From Octopus vulgaris (Eukaryota), in assembly GCA_951406725.2 (NCBI GenBank), contig OX597819.1:21514001-21578000 (forward strand): DNA of 64,000 bases, given 5' to 3'. The notes under the pieces are model-generated. The model ran no database searches. It worked only from the letters and a program-made list of their open reading frames with translations, and was not told the origin of the DNA. Shown here piece after piece: positions 28,838 to 41,821 of the stretch. Positions within the stretch are counted from its first letter, which is position 1, and every line of letters starts with the position of its first letter. The translations under genes were made by a program, and so were the position numbers.

Positions 28838-29765
28838 ATTATTATTATTATTATTATTTATTCAAAGTACTTCCTGGAATTGAACTCGCAATGGTGTGGT
28901 TAGCAGCCTGCGCTATAAGCCTATGGACGCATATCCACCCAATGTAAATAATGTAAATAATGTACAGAATTCGTCATCTCAAAAATATAGAACATTTATT
29001 TTACTGATAACTTGTTATTTAGTGAAATGCGTGTGTAGCTGTGTTAGAATCCGTGACGTTCATTTATGCTCCGGCGCAAAGATTGTTCTTCGAACGTTTC
29101 AAGTGAGACCTTGAAAAAATAATTAATTAAAAGAAAACAGCACTCACAAAACTAAAAATGAAAATATTCGCTACAGAATTTAGCTCGATAATTGAACGAC
29201 GCCAAAACTGAGTTTTATTCAATTTTAACATTTAACAAACTAGCGGCTTCACTAACAAAAATAAATGACTAGCTTACAATTCAATTTAATGCTGGTACCG
29301 TAACTAATTACATACAATTTGTGTAAACTATATTTATTTAGCCAGCCATTTAATTCGTCGATTGCAATTTTCACTTCAGATTCGTTAAATTAAAATAATT
29401 TAAAATAATGATATTTTGAGATTATGATTTGCATGCTATTTGTATGATTTTCCCGCAAAGTTTATAAGATATAATTTTATTCTGGTATTAATTATATTGA
29501 AATACAATTCATGACCGTTCTTATTTGAGATTAGAGATGTGAAATCTAGTTTAAGATGGCAGCCAACAGTGACTCAATAACTACACTTTCTAGGTTGCAT
29601 TCTTTTCTCATACATTTCAAACATATCGCCGTACATCTTTTATTTCTTAACCTTACTCCATCAATCTATGTAATTATCTCCACCTATCTCTCTCCTCTCT
29701 CTCTTCAGTTGTATATACCATATTTTAAGAACAAATATAGAGAAAAAATTTATAGTTATTATATT

Positions 29766-29815
<50 letters not shown>

Positions 29816-29899
29816 AGAGTTTACGAAAAAAAAAGACACAGACAGGTGGTGTACAAAACAAACAGATGTATTAGTATAACGCTCAGGAATAGAAAAAGT

Positions 29900-29935
29900 C
29901 TTTTACGTTTCGAGCCTACGCTCTTCTACAGAAAG
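29900..29935 (-). ncRNA. Minimal hammerhead-like motif with core variant CUGUAGA
   Basis: CUUU-CUGUAGA-a-GAGC-guag-GCUC-GAAAC-GUA-AAAG; element end runs into (TA)n at ~29812. Confidence 0.65.
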
Positions 29936-30439
29936 GGACACAGAAAAAACAAGGAGAGAAAAACGTGTGTAGTGGCTATAGCAGATGAAAGACAAGATCA
30001 CTTCCGCAATGTAACTTCCGTTTTGTAGAGAGAAAAGCAGCCGGACAGAGAAAATATATCTTCATTTATAAAGAGGATCAAAACGAGAAACGAACACGCA
30101 ATCCAACGAGAAAAGTATTAATAATAACTGGTAACAGATATGGATGTATAAACATCCTCGGGCAAGCTGCATGGCGCAAGAATATTCGCTCATACAAGCA
30201 TCATATATAAACAGAGAGATAAGTAAAGAAATAGATAGACAGACAGACAGGTAGATAGATAGATAGATAGATATATCCACACAATCTCATACGTAATGCA
30301 TACATACACACATACTCACACACACATGCGCACGTGTCCGTGCATATAAGTTCCTATACTTACATACTTAATTGGCCATAGACCCAGACGCACCTGCACC
30401 AACAATTTCCCGCTTCAGCTTAACCATATTCTGACACTG

Positions 30440-30485
30440 TCTCCGATGAAGGGATATATAAAATATCCCGGAAACAGATGTAAGA
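30440..30485 (+). ncRNA. Minimal hammerhead-like motif with core variant CCGAUGA
   Basis: UCU-CCGAUGA-a-GGGAUAU-auaaa-AUAUCCC-g-GAAAC-agau-GUA-AGA; (TA)n begins at ~30551. Confidence 0.68.
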
Positions 30486-30550
30486 AATTCTCTTTATAAA
30501 TGTTCTGAAATCTTTTACTGTCTTGGATTTTTATCTCATTCTGTAAATGT

Positions 30551-30581
<31 letters not shown>

Positions 30582-31290
30582 GTGTGTGTGTGTGTGTGTG
30601 CGTGTGTGTGTGTGTGTGTGTTTGTGTGTGTGTATACGAGCGTTCGTGTGTGCGTGTATGTGATTTTGTATTTGTTGCCCTTCCCCTGGCTGCGTAATAA
30701 AATGCAAATGATGAAGACGTGGCAATATGGAAATACTTCATGTCTTATGAATTTAGCAAACTCTTGGAATACGAAGTGGTGTTTATGCCTTTCTTAATGG
30801 TGTTCAACTTAACTGGGAAAAATACCTAATCCCGGGAGTCGATCTTTTGTTGCAAGATTGAGGTCAAGCGAATTATATCACCTACGCAACTGCATTAGCT
30901 ACATCTAAGAGTATTTCTGAATAAATCTTCTTTTGAAAAGTATGCTACAAATAAAGCGGAGAAAGAGTATCTGCATGAACCAATAGAAGGATTGAGAATA
31001 AGAACCTCTGTGTATGTGTGTGTCTGTGTATGTGTGTGTGTATGTGTGTGTGCGCGTGACTTGATTGATGTGTAAAGCTTCGAGCTGGTTAAGCAAGTTG
31101 TACGTTAGGATATTTTCCAATTAAAACCAACGGTCCAAATATACAGTTACTGGTCGGTTGCACACAGTATTCCGGATATAGCGTAAATTGATAGTTTACT
31201 GACAAAGATCAATAAACAGCTTCGATTTAATAATAAACACTATTCGATCATAACTCGAATTAGATGTGTCTGCACGCATGTCTGTGTATG

Positions 31291-31385
<95 letters not shown>

Positions 31386-31390
31386 ATATC

Positions 31391-31435
<45 letters not shown>

Positions 31436-31440
31436 ATGTG

Positions 31441-31478
<38 letters not shown>

Positions 31479-32609
31479 TTTACGTTTGTATATGCGCCTC
31501 TGTGTGTGTGTATGTATGTGTGTGTGTGGGGGGGGGGGTGTAAGTGTGTGTATGCTTATGAATCTGTTGAGGTTTTGTTTCTGTTCTCTGTGTGTAATCT
31601 ATGTGAGTTCTTAGCGCATGTGTGTGCGTGTGTGCGTCTGAATATATCTGTTTTATCTGTTTGTGTGTGTTATATGGTTTTGTATGCGTAAAACGTAAAT
31701 TAAACTGTAACAAAGAACGTATCGGTTAACTAAATAAACATATTAAAATCAAAACATAAATTTCAACTTTTTCTTGTTAGTTTAATTAATATTTTCCATT
31801 GAGCATCTTTAGCTTCTCTCTTTATATTTCATCCGGCTAATGGCGCTCGTTATATTCACATTCACAGTCTCAAAATTGCCCCGCTTCCCGTAAAATATAT
31901 TGTAATAAGAGAAAATTATATTAATGTTCTTGCGTCTCTAATTTGTTAACTCTGGCTCAACAGATCAGTGACATTGAGGAATTAATCTTAAATATATCAT
32001 GCATGATATCAGAATGTTAGAATCAGTCAATGTATTTCAATATAAAAAAAAAGGGTTGGGTTTATAATTTATCCATGCCTGATTGAACCTGCAGATATTG
32101 TTTTTCCTTTTTCTTTGTTTTCCTTTATTTTAGTTCCTGCTAACCTTTGTAGTCGATTTCCTCTTTAGGTTTGACCGTACTTTTACACCGAACCAATGAC
32201 ATACTCTCTTACATGGTATCGCAACAGGCTAGAAATAATAGTCTAATCCTCTCGAATTGCGCACTAACACTGTCATCGTATAAAAAGACTACATTGGGCA
32301 ATGTAGTCACATATACACTAACAATTGCGGTATATTTATGGTTGGAACGCTAAGAGAATAAATCTATTCAACCGGACCTGGTTGGTTTCTGGTTTCTACT
32401 TATGTTAAAGGCACTAAAGTCCGTAATTTGGCAGTAAAGAAAAAAATGCCTTAATGTATTTGGTTACGGCCCTTCATATTTTGATTTCAAATTACGTCCT
32501 TCAACCTAGTGAGATCGATAAAATAAGCAGCACTCAAATAATATGGTCCACATAATCGTCTGCTTTCCTTCAAATCTCCTATTTCTTCATGTACTTCTCG
32601 CCGTTATTT

Positions 32610-33545
32610 TTACTCACAGTTCACAGGGCTTCGATAATTGTTGGTACTATCTTCTCCTTCTTCATTCCACCATTCCTGTTTAATTTTCCTTAGAGCAGTC
32701 TGCACATTTCTTTTCAGCATTCTGTAAGCTTCGTTTGAGTTGGGGTTCATGGACTGAGAAAGAAGTATATTGCCTGTCTTGTTTTTGTTTTTCTGAATTT
32801 CTGCTGATCTATCTGAGAACCAATCACTGGACGTACGTGATATAAATCCCATTGACGAACTTGTGGCCTGAAATACTTTTGGTTTGAAATCATCCCATAC
32901 ATTGTTCGGGACAAGATTGACACTTTCTATAGCATTGTGGATTCTTTGCAAGTTGCTTGATAATTTAAAGTTTGCAACATTTAACATTTTGAGTACGTTA
33001 GGACCAGACAGTCGATTTCTAGGCATTATCGAAAAATCTATTTTTCCACACACTAGACGACGGTCAGTCCAGCTCTCTGCTCCTCTCATGGCCAAAACGC
33101 TAGAAACGTCTTTCATATCACGTTTTCTGATCGGAATATAATCTATGAGATGCTAGTGCTTAGATCTTGGGTGCATCCAGGTGGTTTTATATTTAATTAT
33201 TCTGCTTAAACAGAGTGTTGGTGACAATCACATTATTCTCTGTACAAAACTTCAAAAGTGCTACTCCATTTTTATTATGTTCTCCAATCTCATGTCGACC
33301 TAAAACAGGCCATGAAACATAGTCCTTTCCAACTCTTGCATTGAAATCTCTCAATATGACCTGCTTGTCAGAAAGTGGTACTTTCCTCAATAATTGTGCT
33401 AGATCATTATAAAACTGTCCTAGTTTCATCAGAATGGGACATTGTTGGTGCATAAATACAGACATCAGTAAGCATGACATGGTCCATTCAGATAAACCAC
33501 TTGGAAGCTTTACAATGCAGAATACTAATGTATTCTTGAGAGCAA
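32610..33545 (-). mobile_element. RTE-clade LINE fragment (APE endonuclease C-terminus and linker)
   Basis: FYNDL..LL..VP..DK.VILRDFNARVG...GRHEIGEHNKNG..LL.FC.EN...TNT.F; TWMHPRSKH*HLIDY; MRGAESWTDRRLV. Confidence 0.88.
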
Positions 33546-33747
33546 ATCTAACACTTGATACTCTACGCTGACGCTTAGGTGGGCACCTCCTCACCAAGCA
33601 AGCCTGGTAGGATTGCCAGTTTAGGCGCCAACGACCCGACCATGTGACAGGCTGTACTGGATTACATGTTACCAGTAGCACTCAAGGGTGACATGCCATA
33701 TACCTAAATAATACACACATATGTATATGTATATATATATATATATA

Positions 33748-33955
33748 TATATGCATGTATACAAAAAGGGTTAGATATATAATAGAATATATATAAATGT
33801 ATATGTGTATATCTATATATATATGCATGTATACAAAAAGGGTTAGATATATAATAGAATATATATAAATGTATATGTGTATATCTATATATATATGCAT
33901 GTATACAAAAAGGGTTAGATATATAATAGAATATATATAAATGTATATGTGCATA

Positions 33956-33960
<5 letters not shown>
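33748..33960. repeat. 72-bp tandem repeat, 3 copies
   Basis: gcatgtatacaaaaagggttag starts at 33753, 33825 and 33897. Confidence 0.92.
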
Positions 33961-34038
<78 letters not shown>

Positions 34039-34077
34039 ATATATATATATATGTATGCATATATATATATATATGTA

Positions 34078-34144
<67 letters not shown>

Positions 34145-34159
34145 ATTTATATATATATA

Positions 34160-34190
<31 letters not shown>

Positions 34191-34256
34191 GTATATATTT
34201 ACACACACACACGTATATACACACACTGAGCTACTGAGCGCAAGAAAAATAGATGA

Positions 34257-34307
<51 letters not shown>

Positions 34308-34920
34308 GAGAGTGATTTCCATACAGTGTGGCAAAGTAATCCTGAATAATAATCCATATCCATAAAGGGAAATTTTAGCTGAGATTATTCCTGCGGATAG
34401 AGAATGGTAACTAAGTTTTAGTCAAGTAAAACCTTCATAACGTTCATAGATATATAAATCATAGTTAATCATATTTTTGATCTGCCAATAAGCTGTGCAG
34501 ATTTCTCTTTCTTTTGGGAGAACTCTTGTATTTCTAGTGGAATAAAGGCGATGGATGGATGATGGCTGATGTAGAGAGAGAAGAAGAGGGAAAAAAAATG
34601 AAGAAGAAGAAGTACGCCTGAAAGTAAGCAAGCAATACAAAGAGATTATATAAATGGTGCACGAGATAATCTGGTAATTGTATCAGAGACACGCATCGGT
34701 TATTGTTAGAAGTAGTTAGCAGATTTAAGAAAGACTCGCAATCGTCTGTAATACCTTAAACATATCTTAGCATAACTGTGTTTCATTTAAATACTTTTTT
34801 CATTCAGGTTATAAATGTTTGGGTTGCTTTTACACGCACACCCCTACACACAAATTCAATCACATACACAATTCCCACATACACGATTTCATGTATGTAT
34901 ATATACATACACACACACAT

Positions 34921-34965
<45 letters not shown>

Positions 34966-35020
34966 GAAAGAGAGCGAGCGAGAGAGGTATTCAGCTATAT
35001 ATACATATATATGCCTACAG

Positions 35021-35100
<80 letters not shown>

Positions 35101-35485
35101 TATGCAGACTGATGTTAGCGGTTTGCGTTTTGTAGAATTACTTGTACTGAATGTTGCTGTTGCCATTATTGAGGAATCTTTTGTAAATGCTTGAGATATC
35201 TACTTTGTGATGTACATGATTGCTTTGCGATATCATTACACGGTGAACTGGTCCGTTTCTCTCTTTTATACAACATCGGTCTGAAGCAGTTCCTGGTAAA
35301 CATGTATTGCCGTGACAGTCACTTGTTCGTATTTCTCCACTGTCGCTTTGGTAATAATATTAGCTTCTGAATAAACTGGTCAGCCAAGCATCTTATAAGT
35401 CACACATCACATATCACGAGTAACTCTCTGTTCAGTTACTGTTATTATTTTATCTGAAACTCGTACTTTTTTAAAATAAAATATT

Positions 35486-36065
35486 CTTTTCTGCTCTACG
35501 CACAAGGTTCAAAATTTTTTGGTGGTGGGGGGGACCCGTCGATTAAATGGATCCCAGTACGCAACTGGGACGTAATCGATCCCGAAAGGATGACAAGTAA
35601 AGTCGACCGCAGCATAATTCGAACTCAGAACGTAAAGACAGACGAAATATCTATTTCTTTACTGCCCACAAGGAGCTAAACACAGAGGGGACAAACAAGG
35701 ACAGACAAACGGATTAAGTCGATTACATCGACTCCAGTGTGTAACTGGTACTTATTTAAACGACCATGAAAAGATGAAAGGCCAAGTCGACCTCGGCAGA
35801 ATTTGAACTCAGAACGTAGCGGCAGACGAAATACCAATTTCTTTACTACCCACTAGGGGCTAAACACAGAGAATACAAACAAGGACAGACAAACGGATGA
35901 AGTCAATTTTATCGATCCAGTGCGTAACTGGTACTTATTTAATCGATCCCGAAAGGATGAAAGGCAAAGTCGATCTCGGCGGAACTTGAACTCAGAACGT
36001 AGCGGCAGACGAAATACTGCTAAGCATTTCACCCGGCGTGCTAACGTATCTGCCAGCTCGCCGCC
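35486..36065 (-). mobile_element. SINE family B (Meta-domain-like), three ~184-bp tandem units, 17-bp TSD
   Basis: gaactcagaacgta at 35621, 35805 and 35988; TSD ttttaaaataaaatatt at 35469-35485 and 36066-36082; core gcctttcatcctttcgggatcgattaaataagtaccag resembles the MetaSINE domain (from memory). Confidence 0.88.
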
Positions 36066-37561
36066 TTTTAAAATAAAATATTAAAGAATTTATTTGGCTG
36101 GCAAAACTGATTGGACGAAAAGTTAAACAGGAAACTTGTCCGAATGCGCGTCATGAAGTAGATCCTCTAAAGTACTCGTATACTCTCTGATGTTACTACA
36201 TCGTTAATAAATTATCTCCTAGGTTCATTAGTTTCTGAACTACTCCTAAAGAAGTTCAATCATATATATATATATATAAAAATCATGGCCCCTAGATTGC
36301 TCATGACTTCATGTGTTGGATGCTAGATCTGAAGATTCTGAGGAAAGAAAGACGAAAATTCCGATTGTTTCGGTTTTCCCCATATTCTCTCAACAGATAC
36401 TTCTAATTTGTTTATCATAAGGAGCTTCGCTGGCCATGCCAAAAATTCTTAGATTATCTTCAGAACTATGCAAATGCCAGTGCAATAAAATGTATGTGTC
36501 TTTCTCAGATTGTAAATTGTGATTTTTCAGTTTGTGTACTGTCCTACAAATAATGGTGCCAAACAGCCCTAAATGCGCGTAAAAGAGAGGTGTTGAGCGA
36601 GGGGAAGCAACTTCTGAGAAACATAAGCTTGGTACAGAAATCTTCCAAGGAAACGTTAGAAAACTGCCACAGATTGGAAGCCAGTAAAACAGATATTGAC
36701 TAACCGTAAAGTGGTGTTTTAGAGAACGGATTAAGGATTATATAAAAAATAACTTAACCGAGAAGTGCCTGTGTGATTTCTAGGTGAACACTTATTACTG
36801 TTGTGGTTTCAGCAACATGTCGGCCGTGACTGTATTTCAGCAATCATTGCTTTGTTTTTCGTGAATTTTAAACTAGATAGACTATGTGTTCTGTTTTAAG
36901 GTGTTAGAGTAAGATTTTAGAGAAGTTGGTTGGTATATTTAGCATGTCGAGCGACGGCATAATCAGTGGTTCACTACTGTTCCCGTTGTTGTTCAAAACG
37001 TTTGGAGTTTCAGATATTGGAGAAAGTCAGCTAATATGAAGTGGTTTACACTGTTGCGTTACTTTCTAAATTAAATTAATATTCAGCTGAGAGTGAACTA
37101 ACGTGACAATGAAAGCAAGTTCTATTTATCGTGTAGCAACGCGACTAAAATTACGACGTATTTATCTACATTTTATGATCAAGAGCAAAGTTTAATAATT
37201 ATATTTTGTTATTTTATGTGATCGAACCAGTTGCATATGTCCAAGTGTGCAGCACTTAATAAAACAAACACACATTTCCACAAGTATAGAGATTTAGTTC
37301 GTATGATTCGTAATTTCAAAACAATGAATGGCAAGCAACGGTTTGAGACTAGTTTTGTTCTTCACTGTGTGTTTATTATGTACTTAGGTAAGTAAATTCA
37401 GGACCTGCTTCCCATACAGAAGCAGTATCCCCTACATTCCATTGTGCGTGTGTGTATGTGCGCGCGCGCATGTATGTGTAAGTTCTGGGACATATTTGGT
37501 CAGGAAAAGATCCGTTTTCTCTGCAAATTGTCATGGAGAAATTCTCGCTTTAAATGTTTCA

Positions 37562-37850
37562 CCTTTTTCCTTAACCTGTTTCCGTCACTGGACTGAGGTT
37601 ATGCGTGGGCACAACCTTGAAGAGTTTACTTGGGCAAAACCGACACCGATCTTTAATCTAGTTAAGTCTTTCACTTATTCAATCGGTTCCATTTAACGAG
37701 CTGCTTGCTTACGTGGAATAAAGAAACCGATAGTAATTGGCAAGTCAAGTGGTAGTGGTGAGGAGATAAACACACACACACACACACAGAGCTTCAATGT
37801 GACCGTCTCCCGCGACTTCCATATGAGCTTAATAGATAAACGTTGCCCAA
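37562..37850 (-). mobile_element. SINE family A, diverged copy
   Basis: Reverse-complement similarity to the tail and body of 22203-22580, including the internal (CA)n. Confidence 0.55.
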
Positions 37851-37905
37851 TCAATTTGTACGTTAACGGACAGCGTCCTGATCTACATTCCCACTTTAAA
37901 AACAA

Positions 37906-38304
37906 CTAGCAGTATTGCCCGGCGTTGCTCGGTTTTGTAAGGGAAATAACTATATAAGCATATTTAGAGAGTTATAGCAAAAAAAATGCAAAAAAATGCA
38001 TTAAAAATGGAGAAAAAAAATGATGGTAATTTTTTTTAAATCGTTGACTCATCGTAGACATTTTTAGAGAGTTACTTCCCTTATATAATAGCGAAAGAAA
38101 TGCATTAAAATGGAAAAAAATGATGGTAAATTATTTTTAAAATCGTAGACTCATCGTAGACGCGCGCTAATACCCAGAAGGGCTCTATATGAATCAGGAC
38201 TATAAGATACCCGGTTTTGGTTAAACTGCACCGCAAAATGTGGGAGAAGTTAGGAATCTAAATCGTAGGAGACAGACACACAACTTCTCTTTTATATATA
38301 AAGA
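37906..38304 (-). mobile_element. Non-autonomous Helitron, copy 2
   Basis: Reverse complement of the 4510-4893 termini (TC...hairpin...CTAG, A|T site). Confidence 0.87.
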
Positions 38305-38757
38305 TATATCTCTATAACGACCGCCAGATTAGAAATAATTCGTGACTCAACACCTTTCACTATACGCTTTCCTTGTCATCTCGGGTTGATTACTATGAGA
38401 TGAGCGAGGGAATGAATATTCCGCTGAAGAGGTTAGAAACACCTTTAGGTTTATGAATATGTCTTTCCTTATATTGAGAAACCTTTTTTCTATGAAAGGA
38501 AAGACGGAAAGGGTATATAAAAATTCCATATTTCTATCGAATTTCTTCATTTGATATTCCCACAACATTCCCCGTATATTTCCATCTACCAAGACACAGG
38601 AGGCATTTTCTGTGGAGGATATACAAGAAAACGCTTGGCCAAGATGACACACAACTGGAGTGAACCTCTTAAACATGCATAAATATACATACATACACAC
38701 ATACATACAGACATATATATATATATATACATGCATATATGCATACATACATAAATA

Positions 38758-39367
<610 letters not shown>

Positions 39368-39501
39368 GCATACATATATGCATACATACAGACAGACAGA
39401 CAGACATATATATTTATATACATGCATACATACAAGCATGCATACATACACACATACAGGCATATACATACATACACATACATGTACATATATATAATTT
39501 A

Positions 39502-39590
39502 AAAATAGGATAAAATGTTTATAAGAATTTATTAAGTAGTTAGCGGGAAATACCTCTTGATAAATTCTTATAAAGATTTTATCCTATTTT
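39502..39590. repeat. Imperfect inverted repeat (35-bp arms) between microsatellites
   Basis: aaaataggataaaatgtttataagaatttattaag / cttgataaattcttataaagattttatcctatttt. Confidence 0.85.
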
Positions 39591-39596
39591 AAAATT

Positions 39597-39699
<103 letters not shown>

Positions 39700-40296
39700 T
39701 ATATAAATCGTATAAGAGATTACATATGGACAAAATTGACTAGAGATCCTTATCCTGATACTTGATTTGTCGAATTTCAATCAAATATTTCTTCTAATCG
39801 AATAATTGATAGACATTGAAGATGAAGTCGTGTTATTATAGTTTGATAATAGAATCACATATGAGATAGAAACGAAAATGAACTGTAAGAATGAAGAAGA
39901 AAATCAGGTACGAAGAACAGATCAAAGAAAAATTAGAGAGCCGAAAGAAAGGAAGATGCAAGAAAGGAAGATATTTTTTCTAAAACTATTAACTCGCATT
40001 TTATATTAAAAAAAAAGAAGATATTTGTTTCTATATTTATTTATTCCTTTCTGTCGGCTCACTGCTTTCCTTTGATCTCTCATTCTTTAGTGGATTTCTT
40101 CTTCTTTATCTCTTCTTTCTTCGCTGAGCTTCTTTTTATCACGCTCCATATCGAAACTGTACTTCCTATTCAAAATTTATCACTGATTCTTTTTTGAAAA
40201 AAATATATATTTAAATGTATTTCAACAGATCGATATATATTGATCTATCGTAATACAAATCACGCACATACATATGTACATATATGTGAGCATGTA

Positions 40297-40386
<90 letters not shown>

Positions 40387-40499
40387 ATACATACATACTT
40401 ACATACATACATACATATATACATAAGCGTATATGTATAATTTCATGTACTTAATCAAATCAAGGTCCAAAGAAGGAATGCCGTACCGCATGATTATTA

Positions 40500-41190
40500 T
40501 TAAGAAGACTACAATCTGCAGGAGACTAATTGGTTGGATTTTGAGATGATTTTGAACACGTGGAGAGCTTTTGGTCTCGGTCACCTGGACTGAAATTATA
40601 GTCTCCACAATGCGTCACACTAACAGTACAAGACTTAGCAATTCGACACTTCTGCACCAAGAACATTGTCCTGGTCTATCTGATGAGCTACTGCTAAAGG
40701 CTAAACGAACTAAGGCTGTTTAACACATAGAAACAAAGACATGGTGGATAAACAAAGATAGATCTGTATACATAGTAGAGCCTCAAAGTTCTATGACCTA
40801 ATTACGCGACTGTAAGGCATAGAAATCACAGATTGGACACTACAGCTTAATACTACAGATTCAATTCACTCCATCCAGTGTAAAGAGTCGATACTGCAAT
40901 AGCATAGCTGTCAAAATGTAATAACCTTTTGACACATTGCCAAAAGGCCTTAGAGATCTACAAGCAGAAGATGTGGATGTGTTCATTGGACACATTTAAG
41001 TAAATTGTTATGAAATACCGTATGAGCCGACACCTCGCACGAAATGCAAACAAGTGTAGCTCTGTCCGTCTCACGAACGATTCCGGAGATGCGGCCGGGA
41101 AATGAGTGTAAAATAAGCAAATATTGAAGCTAACAGCAGTGCTCTAGATGGTCTGTCTAACCTCTTCCTGAACAAATTAAAGATTAAATA
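40500..41190 (+). mobile_element. Old, degraded 3' fragment of a CR1/L2-group LINE related to the neighbouring copy
   Basis: Residual peptides CRRLIGWILR, MSYC*RLNELRLF, SRYCNSI, FDTLPKGLRDLQAEDVDVF and IPYEPT match the C-terminus encoded at 41927-42560. Confidence 0.7.
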
Positions 41191-41821
41191 ATAATAATTC
41201 TTATATATATATATACACACAGACACACACACAGAGCTAAGGAATGGGGTTAGTGAAGTCCGGGTTACATTTTATGTTTCATAGAAAACAGAACCTCTGA
41301 AGTAGTAAATCTCCAAGCGAGGCTGCTGGCTACTCTTCAGAGCCAAGTTATGTATGAAGGTTTAATTTGTCGTTCTGCGTACATGTTAACACACGGGGGA
41401 TCCTATTAGAATGCATTCTGATCGAACCCTAATCAAAATAACCTTGGCTTCAAGAGTAACCTGTAGTATGCACGTGGCTTGGATATATATATTACCAGAA
41501 GCAAGGCGGTTGCAGTATAGCTCCATGTCTTTCTTTCTCAATTTTTGAAAACCAAAGAAATCTGTAAAACCGGTTAAGTCTTTCAAAATTTAACAATAAA
41601 ATATCTAACCGAACTTCAGTGCATCTTCACCTTCTCTTTCTATATTTCTACCCGTGTGGAACAAAATAACTGTGCTTTATTTGTATATGCATATATAATG
41701 TATACGTGTGTGTATGTAGGAATATATATATATATATATACACTTGCATACATGCAACCACATTTTTTGTATGTGTACATTATATATGTATGTGCATCTA
41801 TATGGATGTGTGTGCATACGT

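Larger units (their letters stand above)
28111..28993 (-). mobile_element. tRNA-headed, hammerhead-bearing SINE-like element, interrupted by a 550-bp insertion
   Basis: Minus strand: tRNA-like head 28925-28865 (anticodon arm gg-ctgctaa-cc, B-box gagttcaattcc), (TAA)n, HHR 28196-28155, 3' end at (TA)n; ~26-bp inverted copy of its 3' end at 28926-28951. Confidence 0.6.

Noticed and set aside
33748-33960. CRISPR-like repeat/spacer array
   Set aside because: Units are identical tandem copies without unique spacers; eukaryotic context
36610-36665. cttgg/ccaag stem followed by GAAACGTT
   Set aside because: No CUGANGA adjacent to the stem
37370-37395. TAG|GTAAGT recursive splice site
   Set aside because: Weak polypyrimidine tract, single instance, no gene context
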